From: Candidatus Latescibacterota bacterium
GTDB lineage: Bacteria; Latescibacterota; UBA2968
DNA: 64,000 bases
NCBI GenBank assembly: GCA_965204375.1
Contig: OZ241986.1
Span: 320,001 to 384,000, forward strand
Reading direction: 5' to 3'
Shown here: positions 7,650-16,724 of the stretch, in pieces
Position numbering within the stretch: the first letter of the stretch is position 1
Layout: each line of letters opens with the position of its first letter
Program-made: the position numbers and the translations under genes
The notes under the pieces: generated by a model
Told to the model about the DNA's origin: nothing
What the model saw: only the letters and a program-made list of their open reading frames with translations
The model's database searches: none

Positions 7650-8840
7650 AGTGCCCAACAACCCCTTAATGCTCTACCACAAGGCCACCGGCTCCAGGAA
7701 TATGAACTGGTACGCGTACTCGGATTTGGCGGATTCGGCATGACCTATCTCGGCTTTGACCACAATTTGGACAAAGCCGTGGCCATCAAAGAATACCTGC
7801 CATCTGATATTGCCACCCGTACAGGTGATAACAGCATTGTCCCGCAAGCGAGCCAGTTTCAAGATGATTTTGAGTGGGGATTGGATCGTTTTTTAGATGA
7901 GGCACGCGCCTTAGCCCGGTTCGATCATCGCAACATTATTAAAGTGCATCGTTTCTTTGAGGCACATGGTACGGCGTATATCGTGATGGAATATGCTGAG
8001 GGTGAGACCTTGTCTGCGTATCTTGAACGCAAATGGACATTGAAAGAGGCTGAACTCAAAGTTATTTTGTCTCCAATTCTCGATGGCCTGGAGGTAGTGC
8101 ATGGGGCAGATTTCCTGCATCGAGATATAAAGCCGGGCAATATCATCATTCGAGATGAAGACAATTCGCCAGTGTTGTTGGACTTTGGTTCAGCACGTCA
8201 GGCAATCGGTGCAAGGAGCCGTTCGGTTACGTCGATCATCACGCCGGGTTATGCACCGATAGAACAGTATTCGAGTCGAGGAGATCAAGGACCCTGGACA
8301 GACATCTATGCGTTGGGTGGTGTGTGCTATCGTGCATTGACTGGTGAAGTTCCGGATGATGCGACAGATCGGATGCGTGATGATCCCTTGATTCCGGTGT
8401 CTGAACGATGTGCAGACCAAGCGAGTGTAGGGTTTCTATCGGCGATAGATTGGACATTGGCTGTGGATGAGGCAGACCGTCCGCAGAGTATTGCAGCGTG
8501 GCGTGCAAAGTTGGAAGGTGAGTCGACAGAGCACGAGTTTGTGCCAGTATCGCAGCAAGGGCGTTACCAGAGCGAAAAGACCATTGATGATTTGCCAAAT
8601 CACCCGCCCCTAGAGGATGTGCAAGAAATGCTGTTGTCAGTAGGGTTAATTGATGCAGCCAGGCAATTAGGGGTATCCGTTGGAAAACTAGATTTAATAA
8701 GAAAAAGATATGGCCTTCAGTTGCCCAAACTCAACTATAAAGACGAGAGAAGTCAGAAATCTAAGGCTGTGGAGGTTCTTATGCTGATATTATTAGCGAT
8801 AATAGCGATTATAATTGGATTCGCATTGAGGTTTAAGTAA
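7644..8840 (+). CDS. Ser/Thr protein kinase K4 with Fis-like HTH and single C-terminal TM anchor
   Basis: Kinase motifs; DAARQLGVSVGKLDLIRKRYGL; terminal VLMLILLAIIAIIIGFAL; start set by alignment to K1/K2. Confidence 0.92.
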   Translation: MNSAQQPLNALPQGHRLQEYELVRVLGFGGFGMTYLGFDHNLDKAVAIKEYLPSDIATRTGDNSIVPQASQFQDDFEWGLDRFLDEARALARFDHRNIIKVHRFFEAHGTAYIVMEYAEGETLSAYLERKWTLKEAELKVILSPILDGLEVVHGADFLHRDIKPGNIIIRDEDNSPVLLDFGSARQAIGARSRSVTSIITPGYAPIEQYSSRGDQGPWTDIYALGGVCYRALTGEVPDDATDRMRDDPLIPVSERCADQASVGFLSAIDWTLAVDEADRPQSIAAWRAKLEGESTEHEFVPVSQQGRYQSEKTIDDLPNHPPLEDVQEMLLSVGLIDAARQLGVSVGKLDLIRKRYGLQLPKLNYKDERSQKSKAVEVLMLILLAIIAIIIGFALRFK

Positions 8841-9063
8841 GCGAACTACCCCGGTACTGACCGAGATCAGGTTTGGGGCAGCCACGACGGTTAGAGGCTG
8901 GTAGTTGGATATGATCGCCGCGGTATCATCGGGGTACCTGCCTGATGGGTGGCGTGGAAGAATGCACCTGAAACAGCAGTGTTTTTGCACCATTACGGTG
9001 GGCGGGGGGAGCCGTTTTGGGCAGGAATTGCAAAGTAGGGCAATGCGGTTTGGCTGTGCAGAT

Positions 9064-9101
9064 AAAAAGATGCCGCCACTTACAGAAGCGCGAGTGGCGG
9101 C
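9064..9101 (-). terminator. Probable intrinsic terminator after the HipA-like operon
   Basis: GCCGCCACT/AGTGGCGGC stem followed by a T-run on the minus strand. Confidence 0.6.
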
Positions 9102-9134
9102 TTGTGAAATTCTGCTGATAAAACAGCGTGATTT

Positions 9135-9542
9135 TTATTTTTGAGAAATTGGGGTCAAAATGTATGGATTTGCGATTGTCATTTTGCCGAAACGCTTGAG
9201 GAGTTGGGCTTCGTTATGTTTATCGAGTTTCTCCTCGCGGATCACACGCTGGACAGCCGGTTGCCCCATGCCGGGAATACGAATAGCGAAGAATGGCCAC
9301 AACACTTCGGATTCGTAGCACTTGTCTATATGAGGAAAGTCAATGAGAAGCCGAACATCCTTCTGACGTCGGAAGTCATCAGTGTACTCGAAATGCCACT
9401 TTCCGTCATAGAGAGATAGATACCCTATGTCCAGGTTGCGGTATTGCAAACAAAAGTTGGCTTCCTCGTGTTTCGGAGTTTGAAGTTGCTCCCGGCCATC
9501 TTGTCGGGATAGCATTTTCTTCAAGGCTGAGATAGAAATCAT
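9135..9542 (-). CDS. HipA N-terminal (Couple_hipA / HipS-like) domain protein
   Basis: IGYLS...WHFEY...YESEVLWPFFAIRIP pattern; 9 bp downstream of the HipA-like kinase. Confidence 0.75.
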   Translation of the reverse strand: MISISALKKMLSRQDGREQLQTPKHEEANFCLQYRNLDIGYLSLYDGKWHFEYTDDFRRQKDVRLLIDFPHIDKCYESEVLWPFFAIRIPGMGQPAVQRVIREEKLDKHNEAQLLKRFGKMTIANPYILTPISQK

Positions 9543-9551
9543 AGTGAGTCC

Positions 9552-10583
9552 TTAGGTCAGGGCGTCAGATACCAAATCCAATCGCCATTTCAAGCAGTTC
9601 AGAATCATCTCACGGCGCAAAGGGCTTATGAGTAGGGAGAACTCGTTGTCGAGTGTTTCCTGGACCTGTTGTAAGAGGTTAGGGCGAGAAAAAGAAGCCA
9701 GCACTGAACGGAGGTCGGGATAGGCATGGTGGATTTTCTGAATCAAGGAAAAATGATTGAGGTTGTTTGCGCTATCCCATCCTGTCTTTGGTCGAGAGTT
9801 TTGGACATATCGCTCAAAAAAAGTTTGCAACCTTTTCGGGTCCTGTTTAACAGTTTGAAGGTTGGACTCTGGATAATTCCAGAAAAGTGCCCGTGCGCTG
9901 TCGTAAATCGGAGCAAAGTAAGGCTCGTGGACAGCGTGGGTGTGAACTACGACTCCCCAATTGTAATGGTGTCGATCATTATTACCCACAATGGCGTCAA
10001 AAGCGAGCATCCGAATGTACGCTACCAGAATGGACCTTGCTTGATTGGGAAACTGTGCTTGAATCGCCTCCTTGATGAACTGGAAAGTAAACAGATCCTG
10101 GGTTGCTCCAGCTTGTTCTACCTCCTCTACGAATGCCTTATCTTCCAGGTAACTGGCGAAGATTTCCCCCCCGTGAACGAGGCGTTGCCTGTGCTTGAGA
10201 AAATATCGGCTTAGAAAACGAATCTGACCATGTGCTGATACGAGAGAAGACTCAGCCATTTTCAGGCCGAGTAGCTGACCGATACGTGTAAGCAGGTGCT
10301 CCGTAATAGATTCGTTGGGATACCACTTATGTCCAACCTTAGCAATATATGCAGGCCACTTGCGAGGATTAGTTCGCTTCGCTATTCCGTAAGTATAGGC
10401 ACGTATGAAGTCCTTTGGTGCATCCCCGGCAATGGTTCGGCCCATGACTTTATAATAATACCCCTTGCGAAGAGGAGGCAATACGCCTTGGCGACTGATC
10501 TCAAATCCAGACCAATTGAGCACTTTCTCGCGGGATATCTGCTGCTCCAATAGACCGGAGCGATAGAGGGGACGAATTGGCAC
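9552..10583 (-). CDS. HipA-like (HipA_C / CtkA-type) kinase toxin
   Basis: GDAPK, YIAK, ESITEHL, FDAIVGNNDRHHYNWG, FAPIYDS. Confidence 0.85.
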   Translation of the reverse strand: MPIRPLYRSGLLEQQISREKVLNWSGFEISRQGVLPPLRKGYYYKVMGRTIAGDAPKDFIRAYTYGIAKRTNPRKWPAYIAKVGHKWYPNESITEHLLTRIGQLLGLKMAESSLVSAHGQIRFLSRYFLKHRQRLVHGGEIFASYLEDKAFVEEVEQAGATQDLFTFQFIKEAIQAQFPNQARSILVAYIRMLAFDAIVGNNDRHHYNWGVVVHTHAVHEPYFAPIYDSARALFWNYPESNLQTVKQDPKRLQTFFERYVQNSRPKTGWDSANNLNHFSLIQKIHHAYPDLRSVLASFSRPNLLQQVQETLDNEFSLLISPLRREMILNCLKWRLDLVSDALT

Positions 10584-10756
10584 AGTGGTTAGAAGTTACG
10601 CTTCCATGTTTTTTGCGAAAAAAATAACTTCTCAACTTGTTATTTTTGTTTAAAATCAAACATCTTAGAATCTCAGGCCCAAGTCAAGCTATAAATTTCG
10701 ACGAATGGCTCGGATTGAGGATGTAAATATCAAAGAACGGCCACAATCGTCGCTTG

Positions 10757-11104
10757 CTAAAATAAAAATTCGGGATGTCTTTTTTTGAGACGTAATGTGT
10801 GCTCGGCGACATCGAGATCGTAGTGGGTTTGAAGATTAATCCAGAACTCAGACGTCATGCCAAAGTAGTGACCAAGGCGTAGCGCGATATCGATAGTTAT
10901 TCCATGCCTTCCATGCATGATAGCTTTCAGGTCAGTCTCCGAAACCTTAATCGCTTGGGCAAGGCGGTCCACACTGAGATTTATCGGAATAAGAAATTCA
11001 TCGCGCAGGATTTCACCGGGATGTACAGGCGATAGCCGGTGTCCGGAGACCACATCCGAGAAATCGATCTCTCGTTGATCTAATTTTTCACGTTTGATGG
11101 TCAT
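10757..11104 (-). CDS. higA: HigA-family antitoxin (orphan)
   Basis: PVHPGEILRDEFL, ALRLGHYFGMTSEFWINLQTHYDL; GGAGGT RBS. Confidence 0.88.
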   Translation of the reverse strand: MTIKREKLDQREIDFSDVVSGHRLSPVHPGEILRDEFLIPINLSVDRLAQAIKVSETDLKAIMHGRHGITIDIALRLGHYFGMTSEFWINLQTHYDLDVAEHTLRLKKRHPEFLF

Positions 11105-11116
11105 GCTTTTACCTCC

Positions 11117-11140
11117 TCAATGGCAGTCAACGTCAATAAT
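11117..11140 (-). pseudogene. Possible higB 3'-end scar (IIDVDCH*)
   Basis: Resembles HigB terminal (D)VEIVDYH*, with the stop abutting the higA RBS. Confidence 0.4.
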
Positions 11141-11216
11141 TTAGCTTGTCAATTTGTTTGATGATCGTATTTTTTCAAACATACGGGTATCGCCTTGCTT
11201 TCAAGGAGACACAGCT

Positions 11217-12794
11217 ATGCGTTTTTTTAATACCGCTGGCCCTGTTAAGCCAGAAAGGCACTACTGCATCCCGCCCCTAAAACGCTTGAACTTGAATGAG
11301 GTGCTCGCGCTCGTGCGGGAAGAAAAATACTTCGTCCTGCACGCGCCCCGGCAGACAGGCAAGACCTCTGCCCTGCTGGCACTGCGCGACCTGCTCAACG
11401 CCGAAGGCGACTATCGCTGTGTGTACGTCAACGTCGAAGGCGGGCAGGCCATGCGCGAAGACGTGGAACTGGTGACGCGCACCATTCTGGCGGGATTGGC
11501 GTCCCGGGCGCGCTTGACGCTCGGTGACGAATTTTTGGGCAAGATGTGGCCCGGTCTCCTTGCCGAGGTTGGACCGGGTGTTGCTCTACAGGAGGCATTG
11601 ATCCGCTGGGCACAGGCGGATCCCAAGCCCCTGGTGCTGCTCATTGACGAGATTGATTCCCTGATTGGCGACGCGCTCCTATCTGTGTTGCGTCAATTGC
11701 GAGCGGGCTACGATCTGCGCCCGGAGGGATTTCCGCAAAGTGTGGTGCTATGCGGTGTGCGCGATGTGCGCGACTATCGCATTCATTCCAGTTCGGCCAA
11801 TGCCATCATCGCCGGTGGCAGTGCTTTTAACATCAAAGCGCGGTCATTGCGCCTGGGGGACTTTTCGCGTGACGAGGTGATTGCCCTGCTCGGTCAGCAC
11901 ACCGAAGAGACGGGACAGGTGTTCATTCCCGACGCGCGAGAACTGATCTGGACACAGACTCAAGGACAACCCTGGCTGGTCAACGCACTGGCGTACGAAA
12001 CCTGTTTCTATGGCGAAGCCGCAGAGGATCGGGGTATCTCGATCACTGCCGACGCCATCCGCAATGCACAAGAGCAACTCATCCTGCGCCGAGAGACGCA
12101 CCTCGACCAGTTGACCGACAAGCTCCAGGAGAAGCGCGTGCAGCGCGTGATTGAACCGCTCTTGAGCGGTGGCGACGAGCGCGACTTCTCAACCCGCGAC
12201 CTTGAATACGTCCACGACCTGGGTTTGATCGCCCCAAATGACCCACTCCGCATTGCCAATCCAATCTACGCGGAAATCGTCCCGCGTGAATTAACCTACG
12301 CAGCCCAGGTGGGACTTGATGAGGATACGGCTTGGTACGTCAATGCCGATGGCAGCCTGAATGTGGTCAAACTGATGACCGAGTTCCAGACTTTCTTCCG
12401 CGAGCACTCAGAGCACTGGGTAGCGCGGTTTCAATATCAGGAGGCTGGTCCACAACTACTCTTGCAAGCATTTCTCCAGCGCATCGTGAACAGCGGTGGT
12501 CGCATTGAGCGGGAGTATGGCCTTGGACGTAGGCGCACCGACCTGCTGATCGTGTGGCCGCAGGGTGATCGGACGCGCAAAATTGTAATTGAGTGCAAAA
12601 TTCTCCACAAGAGCCTGGAAAAGACCATCGCCGATGGTCTGGCGCAGACCGCGGAGTACATGGATCGGTGCGATGCAGAGGCGGGTCATCTGGTGATTTT
12701 TGACCGTAGAGAAGGCAGGCGTTGGGCAGACAAAATTTTCCACTGCCGCCGGGCGTCTCAAAGTGATGTCGAGATTGATATCTGGGGCATGTAA
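11217..12794 (+). CDS. AAA-like ATPase with C-terminal PD-(D/E)XK nuclease-like domain
   Basis: MRFFNTAGP, APRQTGKT, LLIDEID; REYGLGRRRTDLL...IECK; AGGAG RBS. Confidence 0.85.
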   Translation: MRFFNTAGPVKPERHYCIPPLKRLNLNEVLALVREEKYFVLHAPRQTGKTSALLALRDLLNAEGDYRCVYVNVEGGQAMREDVELVTRTILAGLASRARLTLGDEFLGKMWPGLLAEVGPGVALQEALIRWAQADPKPLVLLIDEIDSLIGDALLSVLRQLRAGYDLRPEGFPQSVVLCGVRDVRDYRIHSSSANAIIAGGSAFNIKARSLRLGDFSRDEVIALLGQHTEETGQVFIPDARELIWTQTQGQPWLVNALAYETCFYGEAAEDRGISITADAIRNAQEQLILRRETHLDQLTDKLQEKRVQRVIEPLLSGGDERDFSTRDLEYVHDLGLIAPNDPLRIANPIYAEIVPRELTYAAQVGLDEDTAWYVNADGSLNVVKLMTEFQTFFREHSEHWVARFQYQEAGPQLLLQAFLQRIVNSGGRIEREYGLGRRRTDLLIVWPQGDRTRKIVIECKILHKSLEKTIADGLAQTAEYMDRCDAEAGHLVIFDRREGRRWADKIFHCRRASQSDVEIDIWGM

Positions 12795-12833
12795 TGGCTT
12801 CGTAATCATTGATTTATGTAAGAGGAACTCCAA

Positions 12834-13946
12834 GTGAAAATTGATGCCGCAGAGATTCGATATGTCGAGTTGCCGCTGATTTCGCCGTGGCGCACGGCTT
12901 ATGGTGAGGATGCGACGATTCATTCGGTGATGGTTAAACTCTCGAGTGGAGGAACCGCTGCCTGGGGTGAGGCTACGCCGTTTTACGCGCCGACTTATTC
13001 GCCGGAATCGGCTCGATCTGTTTATGAAACGGCGCGGGAATTTTTCTTGCCGCATCTGGTGGGAGAGCAGATAGAGACGGCGGTGGAACTGATGGCGCGG
13101 ATTGCGGTGTTTAAAGGCAATCCCTTTGCCAAAGCGGCTGTGGAGACCGCGTGGTGGGCATTGGATAGCAAGTTGAAGGGCGTACCGCTCTGGCAGTCGC
13201 TGGGTGCGACCGATCCTGTAGTGGCCTGTGGTGCTGATTTTGGTGTGCAGGATACGATTGATGAACTTTTATCGCTGATCCAGGGAGCGGTAGATGTGGG
13301 GTATCCGCGTATCAAATTGAAGGTACGACCCGGATGGGATATTGAGATGCTCAAAGCCGTGCGCTCGGCTTTTCCCGATCCCGTGATTCATGTGGATTGC
13401 AACTCGGGGTATGATTTGAATACGGATTTTGATACGCTCAAGGCATTTGATCAGTTTAATTTAGCGATGATCGAGCAGCCATTGGATCATCTGGATCTGA
13501 TTGAGCACGCGGAGTTGCAAAGCCAAATTGAAACGCCTGTGTGTCTGGATGAGTCGGTTAAACGCCCGCGGGATTTTGAACTCGCTCTGAAAATTGGTGC
13601 TTGTCGCGTGATTAATGTAAAACCCGGTCGCGTGGGAGGCTTATTCAATGCCGTGAAAATTCACGACATGGCGCGCGATGCGGGTATAGATGCGTGGGTG
13701 GGCGGGATGTTAGAGAGCGGTGTTGGTGCCGGGATTTGTGCGGCGTTGGGTACATTGCCTGGATTTAACTATCCGGCAGATGTGTTTCCATCCCGCAAGT
13801 TCTATGTTGAAGATATTACAGGTCGGTGGATTGAGCAGGATGAGAATTGCAATGTGGTACTGGACGAGACGCCCGGCGTTGGGTTTGATCCAGTTTCCGA
13901 AAGGCTGGAGAAGGTGACGGTTATGAAGGCGGTTGTAGAGGCGTAA
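12834..13946 (+). CDS. menC: o-succinylbenzoate synthase / N-acylamino acid racemase (enolase superfamily)
   Basis: KLKV, VDCN, IEQP, LDES, NVKPGRVGG, GGMLE. Confidence 0.8.
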   Translation: MKIDAAEIRYVELPLISPWRTAYGEDATIHSVMVKLSSGGTAAWGEATPFYAPTYSPESARSVYETAREFFLPHLVGEQIETAVELMARIAVFKGNPFAKAAVETAWWALDSKLKGVPLWQSLGATDPVVACGADFGVQDTIDELLSLIQGAVDVGYPRIKLKVRPGWDIEMLKAVRSAFPDPVIHVDCNSGYDLNTDFDTLKAFDQFNLAMIEQPLDHLDLIEHAELQSQIETPVCLDESVKRPRDFELALKIGACRVINVKPGRVGGLFNAVKIHDMARDAGIDAWVGGMLESGVGAGICAALGTLPGFNYPADVFPSRKFYVEDITGRWIEQDENCNVVLDETPGVGFDPVSERLEKVTVMKAVVEA

Positions 13947-14178
13947 AAGCAATTTTTCCCTCTCTAACTTCAGCAATTGACTGACGCAAATGATCTGCAT
14001 TGGCAGGGTTTGAAAGCAGGTACAGTGTTTCCTGCCAGGAATTAAATTCTTCCAGAGATAGGAGGACGGCTTTCTGACTTCCCTCTCCACAAATAATCAT
14101 TGGTTCAGCATCGGCTGTAACGCGCTCAATAACGCGACTCAGGTTATTTTTTGCTTCATTTACAGTGATGGCATTCAT
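13921..14178 (-). CDS. Phd/YefM-family antitoxin (orphan)
   Basis: AKNNLSRVIERV, AVLLSLEEFNSWQETLYLLSNPANADHLRQSI; 3' end overlaps menC. Confidence 0.85.
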   Translation of the reverse strand: MNAITVNEAKNNLSRVIERVTADAEPMIICGEGSQKAVLLSLEEFNSWQETLYLLSNPANADHLRQSIAEVREGKIAFTPLQPPS

Positions 14179-14276
14179 CGATAACCGCCTCAGTCTGAAG
14201 AGTTTGTTTGCGTAAAATATAATGTAATTGCCACACTTGGTCAATCCGGTGAGATTAGTTTTTTGGTTTACTTCAT

Positions 14277-15164
14277 TTAATCAGGCACAAATTTGCTCTC
14301 CATCGGTTCTACAGTGACAGATACGGTGAGCGCGTGTTGACCACCGCCTATGACTACGCCTTTGAGGGGGGTGACATCGGCGAAGTCGCGGCCCCAGGCT
14401 ACGGTGATGTGCCGGTCAGGGGGGATGAGGTTGTTGGTTGGGTCAAAGTCGATCCAGCCTTGATTGGGCAGGTACACAGAGAACCATGCGTGGGAAGCAT
14501 CTGCGCCAATCAGGTGTTCTTTGCCGGGGGTGGGCAGGGTCTCGAGGTAGCCGCTGATATAGCGTGCGGCCAGACCCATTGCGCGGAGGCAACCGATAGC
14601 CAGATGGGCAAAGTCCTGACACACGCCTTTGCGGTGTTTGAACACATCGGATAACGGCGTGCTTATGGTGGTGAATCCAGGTACGTATTCAAAGTCGTTG
14701 TAGATGCGTTGGGTGAGGTCGCCAACCGCTTCTATAAAGGGACGGTCTTTAGAAAATGACGGTTCCGCATATTTTGTCAATTCGGGTTCGGTAGAGACTT
14801 TGGGAGAATCGAGTACAAATTGGCGCACTGAAAGAAGGGCGGGATCGGTTGTGGTTTTGAGGATGTGATACACGGTTTCCCAGGGCATATCGCTCGTCAA
14901 TTGGTTTTGCGATACGATATGCACATCGCTTTCGGCTGTGACTGAAAGGATATTATGGGGTTGTTCGATGGAAAAATAGGCGGCGCGATTGCCAAAAAAA
15001 TCTTTTCGCTCGCGAAAAGATGCTGGCTGTGGATTGATGGTGATGTGGCTATTCAAGCATGTCTGATTGAAAAAACTGCGCGGGCTCAATCGGGCTTGAT
15101 TGTGAGACAGGCTCACAGCCTCTGTATATTCGTAGTGGCTCTGATGTGTGATGCGGTAATTCAT
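14277..15164 (-). CDS. Transglutaminase-like protein
   Basis: YRITHQSHYEY N-domain; GVCQDFAH, ARYISGY, ASHAW, DFDPTN, GRDF.DV.P. Confidence 0.93.
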   Translation of the reverse strand: MNYRITHQSHYEYTEAVSLSHNQARLSPRSFFNQTCLNSHITINPQPASFRERKDFFGNRAAYFSIEQPHNILSVTAESDVHIVSQNQLTSDMPWETVYHILKTTTDPALLSVRQFVLDSPKVSTEPELTKYAEPSFSKDRPFIEAVGDLTQRIYNDFEYVPGFTTISTPLSDVFKHRKGVCQDFAHLAIGCLRAMGLAARYISGYLETLPTPGKEHLIGADASHAWFSVYLPNQGWIDFDPTNNLIPPDRHITVAWGRDFADVTPLKGVVIGGGQHALTVSVTVEPMESKFVPD

Positions 15165-16702
15165 GCGCCAAAGTTCCGGTGTGTGGGTGCCAGTTGTCTT
15201 GTATTGCGCGTGTGGTGATCGTCAATCACCCAGGTGTCCTTGCTGTGTACAAACGTATGCGTAGGGCCGACAAACTCGGACGATCTGCACGTGAGGCCTC
15301 CGGGCATTACCGCGTATGTATTCTGGTGGGAGACGGCAAAAGCGGTGAGGGTGGTGTAGCGAGATTCGAGGTGGCCGTTGATCAGGGTAGGCGCTGTTGC
15401 AAAGCTGATGTGTTCCTGGCCTGCGTAATGGGTGGGATTTGCCCTGATGCGATTGCGCCAGACTTCGCGCTCGGCGCGGCTGAGCAAGGCGCCGAAAACG
15501 CGGGGGATAACGGATTGCTGATCAATTGGACAGAGAACCAGACTGTCGAGATGATCGAGCACATAGTTCATTTCCCGCGCTTGTCCGCACCACCAGGTGG
15601 CTACCGAGGGCAGTATGAGATCTTCGCCCAGCAAGTGTCGTGCAATGCCGGGCAAAAAAGGCATCAAGCCCAGATTTTCGAGCATGCTACTGCCCAGGGG
15701 ATTGGCAATGGCTACATGCCCATTTCGCACGGCATTGAGCAGACCGGCAACGCCGAGTTGCGATTCTTCGTTGAGTTCCAATGGGTCGCAAAAATCGTCA
15801 TTGATGCGGCGCAAAATGATATCGACGGGATGCAGACCATCGATGGATTTGAGCCACACACGCCCATCGCGCACGGTGAGGTCATCGCCTTGCACAAGGG
15901 TATAACCCAGATAGGCCGAGAGATATGCATGTTCAAAATAGGTGGCGTTAAAAGGTCCCGGGGTCAGCACGACGATCCGGGGGATTTCTTTATCGTGAGG
16001 AGCAATTTCGGACAGGCCGGCCTGAAGGGTGCGAAAAAAATCGGTCAGACGTCGTACATTGCAGTCGTTAAACAAGGCGGGCATGATGCGCGACATCGCG
16101 GTTCTGTTTTCGAGCGCGTATCCCAGGCCCGAAGGTGCCTGTGTGTGGTCGTACAAAACCCACATCTGTCCATCGGGTCCTCGTGCGAGATTGGCGGCAT
16201 AGACGCGCAATTGATGTTTGGCAGGCAGAGAGACATCTTTACAGGGCCTCAAAAAACCGGCGTGATTATAGATGAGTTCAAAAGGCAACAGGCCCTCTCG
16301 GATGAGTGTTTGGGGACCGTAGATGTCTTTGAGCACGAGGTTGAGCAATTCGGCGCGTTGAGACACCCCTCGCGCAATATGGGTCCAGTCATTGGCCTGA
16401 AGCAGCAGAGGTATGGGGTCGAGTTCCCTGGGGGGGTGCAAGCCATCGGGGTCGCTGTGTACATTGTACGTAACGCCGTTTTCGCGGAGCAATAATCGCG
16501 CTTCCTGGTGGCGGCGCGCCAGTTCTTTGCTGCCCATGCGTTCTATTGCGCGAAAAAAGGGATGCCAATGGGCGCGCACCCCGTCTTTTTGGTCCCACAT
16601 TTCGTCGTAAGAACCGGGGTCAAGGGCGTACCCTTCGGGCATAATACCCGTTCCGTGATGATGTAACACGGAATCGGCAATTTCAGGTGGGGTTTTGGAC
16701 AA
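15161..16702 (-). CDS. Circularly permuted type 2 ATP-grasp protein (second copy, no fused alpha-E)
   Basis: ENGVTYNV, LDPIP, QAPSGLGYALENR, LTPGPFNATYFEHAYL, PGGL, SKDTWV. Confidence 0.88.
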   Translation of the reverse strand: MSKTPPEIADSVLHHHGTGIMPEGYALDPGSYDEMWDQKDGVRAHWHPFFRAIERMGSKELARRHQEARLLLRENGVTYNVHSDPDGLHPPRELDPIPLLLQANDWTHIARGVSQRAELLNLVLKDIYGPQTLIREGLLPFELIYNHAGFLRPCKDVSLPAKHQLRVYAANLARGPDGQMWVLYDHTQAPSGLGYALENRTAMSRIMPALFNDCNVRRLTDFFRTLQAGLSEIAPHDKEIPRIVVLTPGPFNATYFEHAYLSAYLGYTLVQGDDLTVRDGRVWLKSIDGLHPVDIILRRINDDFCDPLELNEESQLGVAGLLNAVRNGHVAIANPLGSSMLENLGLMPFLPGIARHLLGEDLILPSVATWWCGQAREMNYVLDHLDSLVLCPIDQQSVIPRVFGALLSRAEREVWRNRIRANPTHYAGQEHISFATAPTLINGHLESRYTTLTAFAVSHQNTYAVMPGGLTCRSSEFVGPTHTFVHSKDTWVIDDHHTRNTRQLAPTHRNFGA

Positions 16703-16724
16703 GACAGAATCCTACGGTAAAAAC

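Noticed and set aside
8841-8950. Integron attC site or IS end after K4 (TACCCCG...CGGGGTA)
   Set aside because: Short imperfect inverted repeat with no proper R''/R' boxes and no integrase or transposase.
8905-9144. 79-aa ORF after K4
   Set aside because: No RBS or motif, and it runs across the opposing terminator.
15179-16495. 438-aa plus-strand ORF and other long antisense ORFs (36571-37440, 44373-45197, 48245-49075)
   Set aside because: Shadow frames of well-supported genes, with no motifs of their own.
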